NCBI GenBank assembly: GCA_950097015.1
Contig: CATNEN010000025.1
Coordinates: 8,990,001 to 9,054,000, forward strand
Source of the DNA: Macrostomum hystrix
Taxonomy: Eukaryota; Animalia; Platyhelminthes
Reading direction: 5' to 3'
Length of the DNA stretch: 64,000 nucleotides
The notes below the pieces were generated by a model that had not been told where the DNA came from, did not search any database, and was given only the letters and a program-made list of their open reading frames with translations. This document shows positions 24,201 through 35,571 of this stretch, in pieces. Position 1 is the first letter of the stretch. Each line of letters begins with the position of its first letter. The translations under genes were made by a program, and so were the position numbers.

Positions 24201-24866
24201 AACGGAAATTCAGCGGGGATCCAAACGGAAATCCCAAGGAGTATCTGATCGTGAATTCCCATCCATTTCCCTCGTCCTCTTTTCAGCGCGTTCTGATTCT
24301 ATTTTTTTGTCATTTCCAGTCCTCTTTTCCCAGTGACCAATGGTCCTATTTTAAGAAATTATTTGATTAAAGGTGAATAATATAATTAATTAATAAAGAC
24401 GCTGTGGATACGGACGCATCTGTTGGAAAATAAGTTAGCTGTTGATCCACGTACTGATACCGAACGCAGGCAAACACACAGGGTGTGTATATCTGCCATG
24501 ACCTTCTCATCGTCTGGCAGTGCACACTCTCACTGCACCGCAATGGGAGGATTGCCGCTCCCTAACAATGAGTGTTGCCACCTCACGTCTTCCACGAACA
24601 CCTACCTGCAGCGTCCGTTTGGCGAGCTGTGCGTCGAGCAGCTACGCCTGGCCATCCGTCTGACTGCCAACCGAAAGACCGACGAGGAAAATAAGCCGCA
24701 GCCGCCGCGGCCGACTCTTCATGCTCAGCACTCGTTGCCGACGCCGACGATTTGCCGCGGCGCTCGATTTCCTTCGACTAGCGACAACAGCGGGGAGGAC
24801 TGGAGCGACCATGACGACTACGGAGCCGGCACAACGCCAGGAATCGTCGCGAGAAGCGGCTTGTGA
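162..24866 (+). CDS. Ionotropic glutamate receptor (AMPA/kainate-like architecture), gene A, multi-exon
   Basis: Exons read by hand: 162-303 (poly-Leu signal peptide; link to next exon uncertain), ~763-860, 4691-4960, 5542-5717, 6287-6397, 7423-7500, 17560-17742, 18421-18522, 18628-18657, 19191-19429, 20636-20789, 21635-21914, 22002-22216, 22806-23040, 23547-23818, 24612-24866. Phases are compatible from 4691 onward. Hallmarks: [27 protein letters not shown]1, [11 protein letters not shown] pore loop, [21 protein letters not shown]4 [12 protein letters not shown]. Confidence 0.93.
912..4283. repeat. 24-nt minisatellite (CCTGACTCTCATGTTACCTGTTAT) with 20-nt variants and a higher-order duplication
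   Basis: Direct reading; variant pattern recurs at +1408. Confidence 0.97.
4284..4690. repeat. 17-nt minisatellite CCTGGCTCACCTGTTAT
   Basis: Runs up to the exon acceptor; same unit at 57261-57710 in gene B. Confidence 0.97.
4990..5461. repeat. Purine-rich ~19-20-nt repeat (GAGATGAGAC core)
   Basis: Direct reading; core shared with 18844-19092 and 54815-55250. Confidence 0.93.
6449..7321 (-). mobile_element. Solo LTR (873 bp) in a gene A intron
   Basis: Termini TGTTGT...ACAACA flanked by 4-bp direct repeat CAGT (6445-6448, 7322-7325). GC-rich interior with CCAAT boxes (~7118-7185) and AATAAA on the minus strand (~6895). Confidence 0.8.
7925..10246 (-). repeat. 3' LTR (2322 bp)
   Basis: Matches 15080-17401 at every segment I compared; ORF-track translations in both copies are identical (7953/15108, 9509/16664). 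Confidence 0.92.
10247..10262 (-). other. Polypurine tract-like segment
   Basis: Minus strand ...GAGCAAGGGCGGTG immediately precedes the 3' LTR TG; imperfect purine run. Confidence 0.5.
11044..11050 (+). promoter_or_regulatory. TATA box candidate for the antisense gene
   Basis: TATAAAA about 190 nt upstream of ATG 11239. Confidence 0.5.
11239..11871 (+). CDS. Three-exon antisense gene inside the LTR element; 82-aa protein with C-terminal transmembrane helix
   Basis: Exons 11239-11267 (AG|gtgagt), 11530-11609 (ttcccag|, A|gtaagt), 11732-11871 (ccctccag|); phases 2 and 1 join in frame. TATAAAA at 11044, AATAAA at 12001. Product [82 protein letters not shown]. Confidence 0.72.
12001..12006 (+). 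terminator. Poly(A) signal candidate of the antisense gene
   Basis: AATAAA 130 nt after the stop, followed by U-rich sequence. Confidence 0.55.
12429..13010. repeat. Duplicated ~320-350-nt unit with conserved hairpin blocks inside the LTR element
   Basis: CATACCACCCCGCTCACTTTAGCGGGTTGGT identical at ~12433 and ~12746; GTACTAGGGGA(G/A)TTTCACCCCACTA at ~12602 and ~12951; spacers diverged. Confidence 0.8.
13196..13747 (-). CDS. gag: Short Gag (capsid-like) protein, 183 aa
   Basis: FPRWLRRF...[10 protein letters not shown]...[18 protein letters not shown] resembles Ty3/gypsy retrotransposon gag capsid motifs. Same strand as the PBS. Stops before any zinc knuckle. Confidence 0.75.
   Translation of the reverse strand: MSDQEDEVVEAIGAPRPPRGRAAAAARADPPAAAAAAAANQGDPIERLASLMERLEPRRARTHRVKVALEPFESAADSFPRWLRRFNLKVEAEGLETEEEKILTLLAHLGGEPLTQAMTLPRRVTYFRFVQDLTEALSGACTPYARPLSGRNLRQDRGESYASFADRLRSAAAQVNTNGHDPG
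15059..15078 (-). other. Primer-binding site, tRNA-Leu-like
   Basis: Minus strand TGGTGGCATCGAGGTGGGAT directly after the 5' LTR; resembles the tRNA-Leu-type PBS TGGTGGCAGCGGTGGGAT with a small insertion. Confidence 0.7.
15080..17401 (-). repeat. 5' LTR (2322 bp)
   Basis: Minus strand starts TGATGT and ends ATTTCA, followed after 1 nt by the PBS. Confidence 0.92.
17812..18347. repeat. 15-nt minisatellite TGGTGTGAGT(T/C)ACCT, two blocks
   Basis: Direct reading. Confidence 0.95.
18844..19092. repeat. 17-nt repeat GGGGAGAGATGAGACAC
   Basis: Direct reading. Confidence 0.95.
19465..20590. repeat. 31-nt minisatellite AGTACCGTACACTCCCAG(T/C)ATAGATGAGTCC
   Basis: Direct reading. Confidence 0.96.
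21003..21290 (-). mobile_element. tRNA-derived SINE, family 1 (CORE-like central block)
   Basis: A-box TAGCCTATAGTGG, B-box GGTTCGATTCC, then TGTGTCCTTTAGCAAGACACTTAACTC; related copies elsewhere in the window. Confidence 0.75.
22217..22350 (+). repeat. 29-nt repeat of the exon/intron junction (GTGAGTCCTGTGTGCTCAGCTTCTTCAAG)
   Basis: Starts exactly at the donor; longer homologous array at 49790-50175 in gene B. Confidence 0.93.
23110..23500. repeat. 26-nt minisatellite GACAATGAGTCACTCCAGATCCCATA
   Basis: Direct reading. Confidence 0.95.
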
Positions 24867-25019
24867 ACCAATAAAATTTGACGCAGAACTGATGGACTTG
24901 GAAGAGTGAGATATGAGCAGCGAGAGTTGATTGTGTTGCTTGGTCAACTTGATAACTTTTTTATCTCCACATCAACATAGTTTCAGCTCCACAATATGTA
25001 TCCCGAACTATAATCACTA

Positions 25020-27170
25020 TCCTAATCTCTAATCTCTAGCCCCGATCTCTATTCTCAATCTCTAATCTCTATCCCCGATCTCTATTCTCAATCTCTAATA
25101 TCTAGCCCCGATCTCTATTCTCAATCTCTAATCTCTATCCCCGATCTCTATTTTCAATCTCTAATCTCTATCCCCGATCTCCATTCTCAATCTCTAATCT
25201 CTATCCCCGATCTCCATTTTCAATCTCTAATCTTTAGCCCCGATCTCTATTCTCAATCTCTAATCTCTATCCCCGATCTCTATTCTCAATCTCTAATCTC
25301 TATCCCCGATCTCTATTCTCAATCTCTAATCTCTATCCCCGATCTCTATTCTCAATCTCTAATCTCTATCCCCGATCTCTATTCTCAATCTCTAATATCT
25401 ATCTCCGATCTCTATTCTCAATCTCTAATCTCTAGCCCCGATCTCTATTCTCAATCTCTAATCTCTATCTCCGATCTCTATTCTCAATCTCTAATCTCTA
25501 TCCCCGATCTCTATTCTCAATCTCTAATCTCTATCCCCGATCTCTATTCTCAATATCTAATCTCTATCCCCGATCTCTATTCTCAATCTCTAATCTCTAT
25601 CCCCGATCTCTATTTTCAATCTCTAATCTCTATCCCCAATCCCTAATATCTATCCCCGAACTCTATTCTCAATCTCTAATCTCTATCCCCGATTTCTACT
25701 CTCAATCTCTAATATCTATCTCCGATCTCTATTCTCAATCTCTAATATCTATCTCCGATCTCTATTCTCAATCTCTAATCTCTAGCCCCGATCTCTATTT
25801 TCAATCTCTAATCTCTATCCCCGATCTCCATTCTCAATCTCTAATCTCTATCCCTGATCTCTATTTTCAATCTCTAATCTTTAGCCCCGATCTCTATTCT
25901 CAATCTCTAATCTCTATCCCTGATCTCTATTTTCAATCTCTAATCTTTAGCCCCGATCTCTATTCTCAATCTCTAATCTCTATCTCCGATCTCTATTCTC
26001 AATCTCTTATCTCTATCCCCGATCTCTATTCTCAATCTCTAATCTCTATCCCCGATCTCTATTTTCAATCTCTAATCTCTATCCCCGATCTCTATTCTCA
26101 ATCTCCAATCTCTAGCCCCGATCTCTATTCTCAATCTCTAATCTCTATCCCAGATCTCTATTCTCAATCTCTAATATCTATCTCCGATCTCTATTCTCAA
26201 TCTCTAATCTCTAGCCCCGATCTCTTTTTTCAATCTCTAATCTCTATCCCCGATCTCCATTCTCAATCTCTAATCTCTATCCCCGATCTCTATTCTCAAT
26301 CTCTAATCTCTATCCCCGATCTCTATTCTCAATCTCTAATCTCTATCCCCGATCTCTATTTTCAATCTCTAATCTTTAGCCCCGATCTCTATTCTCAATC
26401 TCTAATCTCTATCCCCGATCTCTATTCTCAATCTCTAATCTCTAGCCCCGATCTCTATTCTCAATCTCTAATCTCTATCCCCGATCTCTATTCTCAATCT
26501 CTAATATCTATCTCCGATCTCTATTCTCAATCTCTAATCTCTATCCCCGATCTCTATTTTCAATCTCTAATCTCTATCCCCGATCTCTATTCTCAATCTC
26601 TAATCTCTATCCCCAATCCCTAATATCTATCCCCGAACTCTATTCTCAATCTCTAATCTCTATCCCCGATTTCTACTCTCAATCTCTAATATCTATCTCC
26701 GATCTCTATTCTCAATCTCTAATCTCTAGCCCCGATCTCTATTTTCAATCTCTAATCTCTATCCCCGATCTCCATTCTCAATCTCTAATCTCTATCCCTG
26801 ATCTCTATTTTCAATCTCTAATCTTTAGCCCCGATCTCTATTCTCAATCTCTAATCTCTATCCCCGATCTCTATTCTCAATCTCTAATCTCTATCCCCGA
26901 TCTCTATTCTCAATCTCTAATCTCTATCCCCAATCCCTAATATCTATCCCCGATCTCTATTCTCAATCTCTAATCTCTATCCCCGATCTCTATTCTCAAT
27001 CTCTAATCTCTATCCCCGATCTCTATTCTCAATCTCTAATCTCTATCCCCGATCTCTATTCTCAATCTCTAATCTTTAGCCCCGATCTCAATTCTCAATC
27101 TCTAATCTCTATCCCCGATCTCTATTCTCAATCTCTAATCTCTATCCCAATCTCTCATCTTTATCCTGAA
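25020..27170. repeat. 33-nt CT/A-rich minisatellite TCTCTATTCTCAATCTCTAATCTCTATCCCCGA
   Basis: Direct reading. Confidence 0.96.
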
Positions 27171-28138
27171 TATCTAGTCTCTAGCCTACCATACCCCAGG
27201 AAAATCGCTTTTAGATTGCAACACAATTTAAACGACAGGTATTTTAATTCAGATGGTTTTTAAAAAAAAAATAATGCTCTATATTGTCATTTTCAGTTAA
27301 ACAGTCCTGTACCTTCAAGTGCAATAACAGTTGCATAGATTTCGGTTCCAGTTTCAACAGTACCGATTGAATAGTCGAATCTCAGACAGTCTATCTCTCA
27401 TCCCCTATTAAGTTTTCTATTTTCTCTTTTCCTTTCTTCACCTTTGTACTTTTACTTCCTCCCTGCGCAAGTCTAAAATTAATTTTCAAAGCTTCATTTA
27501 TGCACTGAATGAAATATAAAAATAAATATAAGCCTGCATATTCTGCGACACCGTCTGAGTATTTCAGAATATGCAGGAGCTCTAGCTGTCTCAAAGTATG
27601 CTCACACCTTCCCTACTCAAAGAATTGAGCTTATCACTGATAGCGAGACTAGAAGCAGTGACAGTCAGAACTGACAGCTCAAATCTTGCTCAAAGTATTT
27701 TGCTTCTGTGCCAGAAAATAATGTAAAGAATACTTCATATTCACAGGAGCAGCTTTTAAAATGTTTCTAAGAACTCAAACAGTTTCAGGCGGAACCACTC
27801 CAAGGTCGTTCAGGTCGAACTCGTTAAGATGACCTTCAAGTCTATTTTTAGTAACAAAAGAAGCGAAATCGAAGCAGATGAAGTCTATTTTTAGAAGCAA
27901 AAAATTTCCCTTTTGGGATTGATTTGCATCATCTGCGAACTCTGATTGATCCAACGGAATGAAAGAAACAGCGGGGGAGTGAAGATTATTCAGCCACTTT
28001 GTCACGTGTTTTGGTGACCTCTCTGCCATTGGCTCATGCCAGTTGGCATAAATACGAGTTTATCCTCACAGATGGTCTAGAATGTGCTCAACACGATTGC
28101 TATACTCTATCTGCTTTCATTTCAAGATCCCTTCAGTC

Positions 28139-28407
28139 ATGGGCCAAATCTGCGTGGCTGCAAGATCATCCTCAGCTGAACGTTACAAGCCGACCGCCTC
28201 CGCCTCCGCCTCTGTCGCCGACACTACTACCGTCGCCAATGCCACAGCTGCGACAGACGACAGCTCCAGGCCACCCGAGCTGTCATCCAGCGCTGAACAG
28301 CCGTCGTCTGTGCAGATGCAGACATTGCCGCTGTCGACATCTTCGACGCCTAGGACGAAGAGAAGCAGCTTCAGCAGTCGTGGTAAGTCTCAATCACAAC
28401 AGCAGCC

Positions 28408-28463
<56 letters not shown>

Positions 28464-28762
28464 GACGCAAAAAGTCGCTCTTCCGCTGTCCCAGCATCGC
28501 CGATCGGGAGATGTTCGGCGACATTCCGGACGGCACCTCAGAGGCCGCCAGGCGAGAGTTGCTGCTGCTCCGCGGCATGGTGAAGTCCGGCCTGCTGCCG
28601 TTGAAGTCCTACCAGCACATCGCCGCTGAGATCGTCGACGAGGACTTGCGCGTCGCCGCTGACCAACCGGAGCTTCTCCAGCTGGCCGAGGAGCGCCGAC
28701 AGCGTGACCAGAAGCGACGTCGTTCGAGGCTGCTTTTGAGCAAGAGGCGAAGTCTCACGTGA
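28139..28762 (+). CDS. Orphan 207-aa protein, N-terminal MGQIC, polyQ tract, charged helical C-terminus
   Basis: Long GC-rich ORF after a splice acceptor (tttcatttcaag at 28126); non-repetitive C-terminal half. Family not recognised; could be one exon of a larger gene. Confidence 0.6.
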
Positions 28763-28959
28763 CCGACGCACCAACTTGGAGAAACCGACGATAGCTATTG
28801 TCCTGAAGTACATTGTGTGTGTTCAAGCTTAGTAACAAGCTTAGACACCAAGTCTAAGCGTCATCAAGTCAAGAGCAGAGAGCATTGCTTGTTATTCTCA
28901 CGTTGTCAGTCAGTGACTTGCGCAAAAAAATCGAAAATTCTTCAGCTTTCCCCACTAAT

Positions 28960-29448
28960 TCCTCAAATCCTTTGGCTTCAATCCCAGATCCCTCAAATCC
29001 TTCGGCTTCAATCCCAGATCCCTCAAATCCTTTGGCTTCAATCCCAGATCCCTCAAGTCCTCCGGCTTCAATCCCAGATCCCTCAAATCCTTCGGCTTCA
29101 ATCCCAGATCCCTCAAATCCTTCGGCTTCAATCCCATATCCCTCAAATCCTTCGGCTTCAATCCAAGATCCCTCAAATCCTTCGGCTTCAATCCCATATC
29201 CCTCAAATCATTTGGCTTCAATCCCAGATCCCTCAAATCCTTCGGCTTCAATCCCAGATCCCTCAAATCCTTCGGCTTCAATCCAAGATCCCTCAAATCC
29301 TTCGGCTTCAATCCCATATCCCTCAAATCATTTGGCTTCAATCCCAGATCCCTCAAATCCTTCGGCTTCAATCCCAGATCCCTCAAATCCTTCGGCTTCA
29401 ATCCCAGATCCCTCAAATCCTTTGGCGTCAATCCCAGATCCCTCAAAT
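28960..29448. repeat. 30-nt minisatellite ATCCCAGATCCCTCAAATCCTTCGGCTTCA
   Basis: Direct reading. Confidence 0.95.
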
Positions 29449-29861
29449 ATGAAGCCGCATTGGTTAATTAAACTAAATAAATAAAAAGAATAAAAGAAAT
29501 TTTTAACAAAAAATCCTTGCAATTTTTTCTAGCCAGAAAGGGACAAAACCAAAACTGATCTCGCTCTAAGCCAATTGCACTCTGCTGATAATCCTCTGCT
29601 AGCCCGAGCAGAAACAGCGGAGACAAGAGCAGGCGAGGCGTGACACCCGTTCCTGACTTTTCTTAGAACTACGCGAGGAAAAAGACAGGAAGAGTAATTA
29701 TCAGAAACAGCTGAAAAGATTGGGAGACAGCTGGGCAAGAAGCATTGGGGAAGATTGGTGACGCTGGATACAAGTGCAATTCATTCTGAGAGCTCAGAAA
29801 GATTCGATAATAATTACCGCCAGATAAAACAGAAAGGTAAATTGAAACTTCTGAATGATTT

Positions 29862-30922
29862 TGAGACAGATAGTGAGACAGATAGTGAGATTAGTTCTGA
29901 GACAGATAGCGAGGCAGATAGTGAGACAGATAGTGAGACAGATAGTGAGACAGATAGTGAGACAGATAGTGAGACAGATAGTGAGATTAGTTCTGAGACA
30001 GATAGCGAGGCAGATAGTGAGATTAGTTTTGAGACAGATAGTGAGACAGATAGTGAGATTAGTTCTGAGACAGATAGTGAGATTAGTTCTGAGACAGATA
30101 GTGAGACAGATAGTGAGATTAGTTCTGAGACAGATAGTGAGATTAGTTCTGAGACAGATAGTGAGATTAGTTCTGAGACAGATAGTGAGATTAGTTCTGA
30201 GACAGATAGTGAGATTAGTTCTGAGACAGATAGTGAGACAGATAGTGAGACAGTGAGATAGATAGTGAGACAGTGAGACAGATAGTGAGACAGTGAGACA
30301 GATAGTGAGACAGATAGTGAGACAGATAGTGAGACAGATAGTGAGACAGATAGTGAGACAGATAGTGAGACAGATAGTGAGACAGATAGTGAGACAGATA
30401 GTGAGACAGTGAGACAGATAGTGAGACAGATAGTGAGACAGATAGTGAGACAGTGAGACAGATAGTGAGACAGATAGTGAGACAGATAGTGAGACAGTGA
30501 GACAGATAGTGAGACAGATAGTGAGACAGATAGTGAGACAGTGAGACAGATAGTGAGACAGATAGTGAGACAGATAGTGAGACAGTGAGACAGATAGTGA
30601 GACAGATAGTGAGACAGATAGTGAGACAGATAGTGAGACAGATAGTGAGACAGTGAGACAGATAGTGAGACAGATAGTGAGACAGTGAGACAGATAGTGA
30701 GACAGTGAGACAGACAGTGAGACAGATAGTGAGACAGATAGTGAGACAGATAGTGAGACAGTGAGACAGATAGTGAGACAGTGAGACAGACAGTGAGACA
30801 GACAGTGAGACAGATAGTGAGACAGATAGTGAGACAGTGAGACAGATAGTGAGACAGATAGTGAGACAGATAGTGAGACAGATAGTGAGACAGTGAGACA
30901 GATAGTGAGACAGATAGTGATG
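29862..30922. repeat. 12-nt GAGACAGATAGT repeat with 8- and 24-nt variants
   Basis: Direct reading. Confidence 0.95.
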
Positions 30923-31481
30923 CACTGAGAGAAATATTGAGAAATAATGCAGCAGACTTTTAATTGAGACGTCGTGAGCTCAGAATTCAGCCCAGGAGAA
31001 ACAATTTGTATTCCTTCAAGCTGGGGTAGACATTTGGGTTGTTCTGGCGACCTCTCCCAGTCCACGGACTGAACAGCTGCACACAACCTTTTGGAAAAGC
31101 CACCCTATACTCGTAGTAAAAAACAACGTCCAACGGAAAACAGACAGCCGGAATTTAGAATGCGCGAAAAGAAAGTAATTTATTTACACAAAAATTATTT
31201 ACAGCCTTTGCCTAGGCAAATTGCTTTGAAACTGGAGGAAAACAGCAAAACCTAAGCTTTGACTGAAAATTCAAGAACAAACCAGGAACGCAAGGAAGAT
31301 AGCAATTTACTTCAACAGATATTCAGCAAGACTACATTTTCTAATCCAAGTAAACGACCTGAGATGTGGCAGTGCAGTCTTCTCATCTATCACCATGATA
31401 ATGGACTGTAGTGCACAGAAAAAATTCTAATCAATTTTTTATAAGAAAGATCAACTGTCAGCGGTGGAAAACGGTGTCCGC

Positions 31482-34121
31482 CTACTTCCTTTGCTTCGTG
31501 GCATTCCTGGCTGTCATCATGCGGTAGAACTCTTCAAAGTCAACGAGACCATCTCGGTTGAAATCCGCCTCGGCGATCATGTCGGCAGCCTCCCGCTCCG
31601 TCAGCTTGATGCCTAAGTTGCTGAGAACATGCCGCAACTCAAGCGGGCTGATGAACCTGGTAAGTGGCATGCGAGGTCACAGGCTGCATTCTCAGAATGC
31701 ACACCGCTTGAGGTGTCACAGCACCCACCTCACGCCAGAGGAACCACTTCACGCCACACCACCCACCTCACGCCACAGAACCCACCTCACGCCACAGCAC
31801 CCACCTCACGCCACAGCACCCACCTCAAGCCAAAGCACCCACCCACCCACCTCACGCCACAGCACCCACCTCACGCCAAAGCACCCACCTCACGCCACAG
31901 CACCCACCTCAATATACTCGAATTACTCTACTTTCAGTAGCCACCAGAAGAAAGAAGCATCAGCCTACCCGTCCTGATCTCGATCGAACACTCGAAATGT
32001 CTCCAGAATCTCAGATCGAAGCTCGTCTTCAGTTTTGCGCGTCTCCATCAGGGCCACAAATTCGGAGAAGTCGATGGATCCATTGCGCTTGTCCGAGCGC
32101 TGCTGGCTTCGGCAGTCCTGCGGGTGAATCATCGGAGAGAGTGATGAAGGTCCATGAGGCAAGAGAAATTATGGACGAAGAATGAAGAATGAAGAATGAA
32201 GAGTGAAAAGTGAAGAATGAATAATGAATAATGAATAATGAATAATGAAGAATGAAGCGCTACCTTTCCGGCAGGATTTCGCCTGGCATCGGCCACAGCT
32301 CCGATGGCGTGCAGCTGGGACTCTGGCATCTCCTGGCCCAGGGACCGCATAACGCGACCCAGGTCATTGGTCGTGATGCAGCCGTCACCTGTACAATTAG
32401 GTGGGAATTAGCTGTCCTTTTTTTAAATTAGCGACAGCTAAGAGACGAGAGACAGCAGAGAGATTAGAGACAGCTGAGAGATTAGAGACAGCTGAGAGAT
32501 TAGAGACAGCTGAGAGATTAGAGACAGCTGAGAGATTAGAGACAGCTGAGAGATTAGAGACAGCTGAGAGATTAGATACAGCTGAGAGATTAGATACAGC
32601 TGAGAGATTAGAGACAGCTGAGAGATTAGAGACAGCTGAGAGATTAGAGACAGCTGAGAGATTAGAGACAGCTGAGAGATTAGAGACAGCTGAGAGATTA
32701 GTGACAGCTGAGAGATTAGAGACAGCTGAGAGATTAGAGACAGCTGAGAGATTAGATACAGCTGAGAGATTAGAGACAGCTGAGAGATTAGAGACAGCTG
32801 AGAGATTAGAGACAGCTGAGAGATTAGAGACAGCTGAGAGATTAGAGACAGCTGAGAGATTAGAGACAGCTGAGAGATTAGAAACAGCTGAGAGATTAGA
32901 GACAGCTGAGAGATTAGAGACAGCTGAGAGATTAGAGACAGCTGAGAGATTAGAGACAGCTGAGATATTAGAGACAGCTGAGAGATTAGAGACAGCTGAG
33001 AGATTAGAGACAGCTGAGAGATTAGAGACAGCTGAGAGATTAGAGACAGCTGAGAGATTAGAGACAGCTGAGAGATTAGAGACAGCTGAGAGATTAGAGA
33101 CAGCTGAGAGATTAGAGACAGCTGAGAGATTAGAGACAGCTGAGAGATTAGTGACAGCTGAGAGATTAGAGACAGCTGAGAGATTAGAGACAGCTGAGAG
33201 ATTAGAGACTGGAAGAGAATGGAAGGAAATGAATGGAAGAGCCGGAAACGGAAGCTAGAAACTAGACACCTTCGTAGTTTGCTTCACGTCCTTTATGCTG
33301 CTTCAAGCTATTGTTGCATTCTTGCTGTAGAAGTACAGCTAACACAATGAGACACAATTCAGACTCCATGCTGCAACATTGGATCCGGGAATTGTGAGCA
33401 TAGACTCAACTGAGAGGGCATGCATTGGAAACTAAGCAATAAAGAAAACTTAGTCCGACCGGATGGTGTGAGAATTTCATAGATTTAGGATGACTGACAG
33501 TTATAAAGAGGCTGCTAAAATTCGGCAGACGAAGTCAGGGCGAGAGTGTAGGCTGCAGAGTAGACAAACGAGAAAGAGAGATTATACTGCAGAGTTGACA
33601 ACAAGGAGATAGAGAGTAGACAGCAGAGTAGACAACAGGGAAAGAGAGTAGACTGCAGAGTTGACAACGAGGAGATAGAGAGTAGGCTGCAGAGTAGACA
33701 AACGAGAAACAGAGATTATACTGCAGAGTAGACAACAGGGAGAGAGAGTAGACTGCAGAGTAGACAACAGGGAGAGAGAGTAGACTGGCAAAGTAGACAA
33801 CAGGGAGAGAGAGTAGACTGCAGAGTAGACAACAGGGAGAGAGAGTAGACTGGCAGACTGCAGAGTACGCAACAGGTAGAGAAGGTAGACTGCAAAGTAG
33901 ACAACAGGGAGAGATTAGGCTGCAGAGTAGACTGCAGAGTAGACAACAGGGAGAGAGAGGAGACTGCAGAGTAGAGTAGATGGCCGAGTAGTCTACGCAG
34001 AGATTTACTTCGCGAGTTGAAAAGCGCTGGCACATTGTCACTCACCGTCTTTGTCGAACAGTGCAAAGGCCTCACGGTATTCGGCCACGAGGCCCTGGTC
34101 GAATTTGCTGAGGTCGGCCAT
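31482..34121 (-). CDS. Calmodulin-like EF-hand protein, 4 exons
   Basis: Exons 34121-34046, 32388-32264, 32117-31969, 31656-31482 with GT-AG and matching phases. EYREAFALFDKDGDGCITT, SIDFSEF, FRVFDRDQDGFIS, EADFNRDGLVDFEEF. Confidence 0.92.
32446..33210. repeat. 18-nt minisatellite GAGACAGCTGAGAGATTA
   Basis: Direct reading; lies in calmodulin-like intron 1. Confidence 0.96.
33540..33985. repeat. ~30-nt GAGAGTAGACTGCAGAGTAGACAACAGGGA family, degenerate array
   Basis: Same unit and orientation as 37735-38600. Confidence 0.9.
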
Positions 34122-34481
34122 CGCACACTCTCCCCCGAGACAGCTGGGTCAGTTTTGGTTCTAATTTCTCGCTGAGGTTCTCGCTGAGCTTGAGGCTTAT
34201 TATAGGAACTGAAAAGCTACCACCTACAGCTGGATGAGGTGGAGGCAGGTGACAGACTAACTCAGCCAATCAAACATAATTACAAACTTATCTAGCACAC
34301 TGGCGCATTACTGTGTGGGTATGAAAAATCTTGGCTAGAGTTACTATTTAGCTGTGTGTGTGTGTGTGTGTGTGTGTGCTTTCTGTTGCTTTCTGCTTCT
34401 GCCTAGCTCTTTCTCTATTGCTCGCACAAAAATTTATGTGGCTTTGGGGAGGCGTGTAATTTAGAGACTAGAGCTCTTAAT

Positions 34482-34737
<256 letters not shown>

Positions 34738-35571
34738 TCATCTTCGCCACACTCTACCTCAGTGACACCTGAGCTGCCTAGTCAGAATGCACAAAAACTG
34801 GCCGAAAATGCTTTTTTTCAAAACAAATACTTCGTATAGCATCAGCTCATAATCTATCCCATCTCTCCCTCTCTTCCAGTCAGACTGCATCATTGCCTGG
34901 CTGAGTGCAGTCAGTTATTTTTTCTCAGCCAGCCTAAAAGGACAGCGGTTTGAAAGGCCGCAACTTTGCGCTTGAGTCCGCTTGAGACAGGGGCGGAAAT
35001 CTGGAGAGCATTGGCGTACTCTGCAGTCTCAATGAGAAGGTCGCCCAGCTCATGGTCTCATTGTTGCCAGGGCAGTCCTGTCATATATGGTGAGAGAGAC
35101 AGAGAAGGGGAGAGCTGTCTTGGATACAGCAGCAGCAGCAGCAGCAGCAGCAAGGACTCGTCAATTTTAAGTGGATTTCTGAGAATGGCGAGCCGAGAGA
35201 GAGAGAGAGAGGAGGGGAGGGCTGATGAAAACTGCAAAAAAACTTAATTTTCTCGGCATAACGTTTGCTATTGTCTGTCTATAGCTGAGACTGCTCAACT
35301 AGAAAAATAAGCAATCTGACAGTCACTCTTTGACAGTGAATAACTCCAAACCCATCAATCGTGCCACTTTGGCCTGCGTTAGTGAAAATTATTTTATTCT
35401 TAGTGTTGCAAGAAACTAGTAAAGAATTCGCTCTTCTAAATTACGATCTTACGGTTCGTCAATTCGTCAATGAATTGTTATGTTTTCTCCACGGTTTTCT
35501 CTAGTATGTTCATGTTGCTACTGCCAGTAGCGTTGAAAATATATTCTCTTAGTGAATTTTTTATTTTCTGA

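Noticed and set aside
27775-28029. 84-aa minus-strand ORF beginning MAERSPKHV
   Set aside because: AT-rich, no recognisable motif or partner exons, and it overlaps the likely promoter of the 28139 ORF.
29533-29760. Two possible small plus-strand exons (29533-29632, 29667-29760)
   Set aside because: Requires a GC donor and a 34-nt intron, and I could not link them in phase to an upstream exon with confidence.
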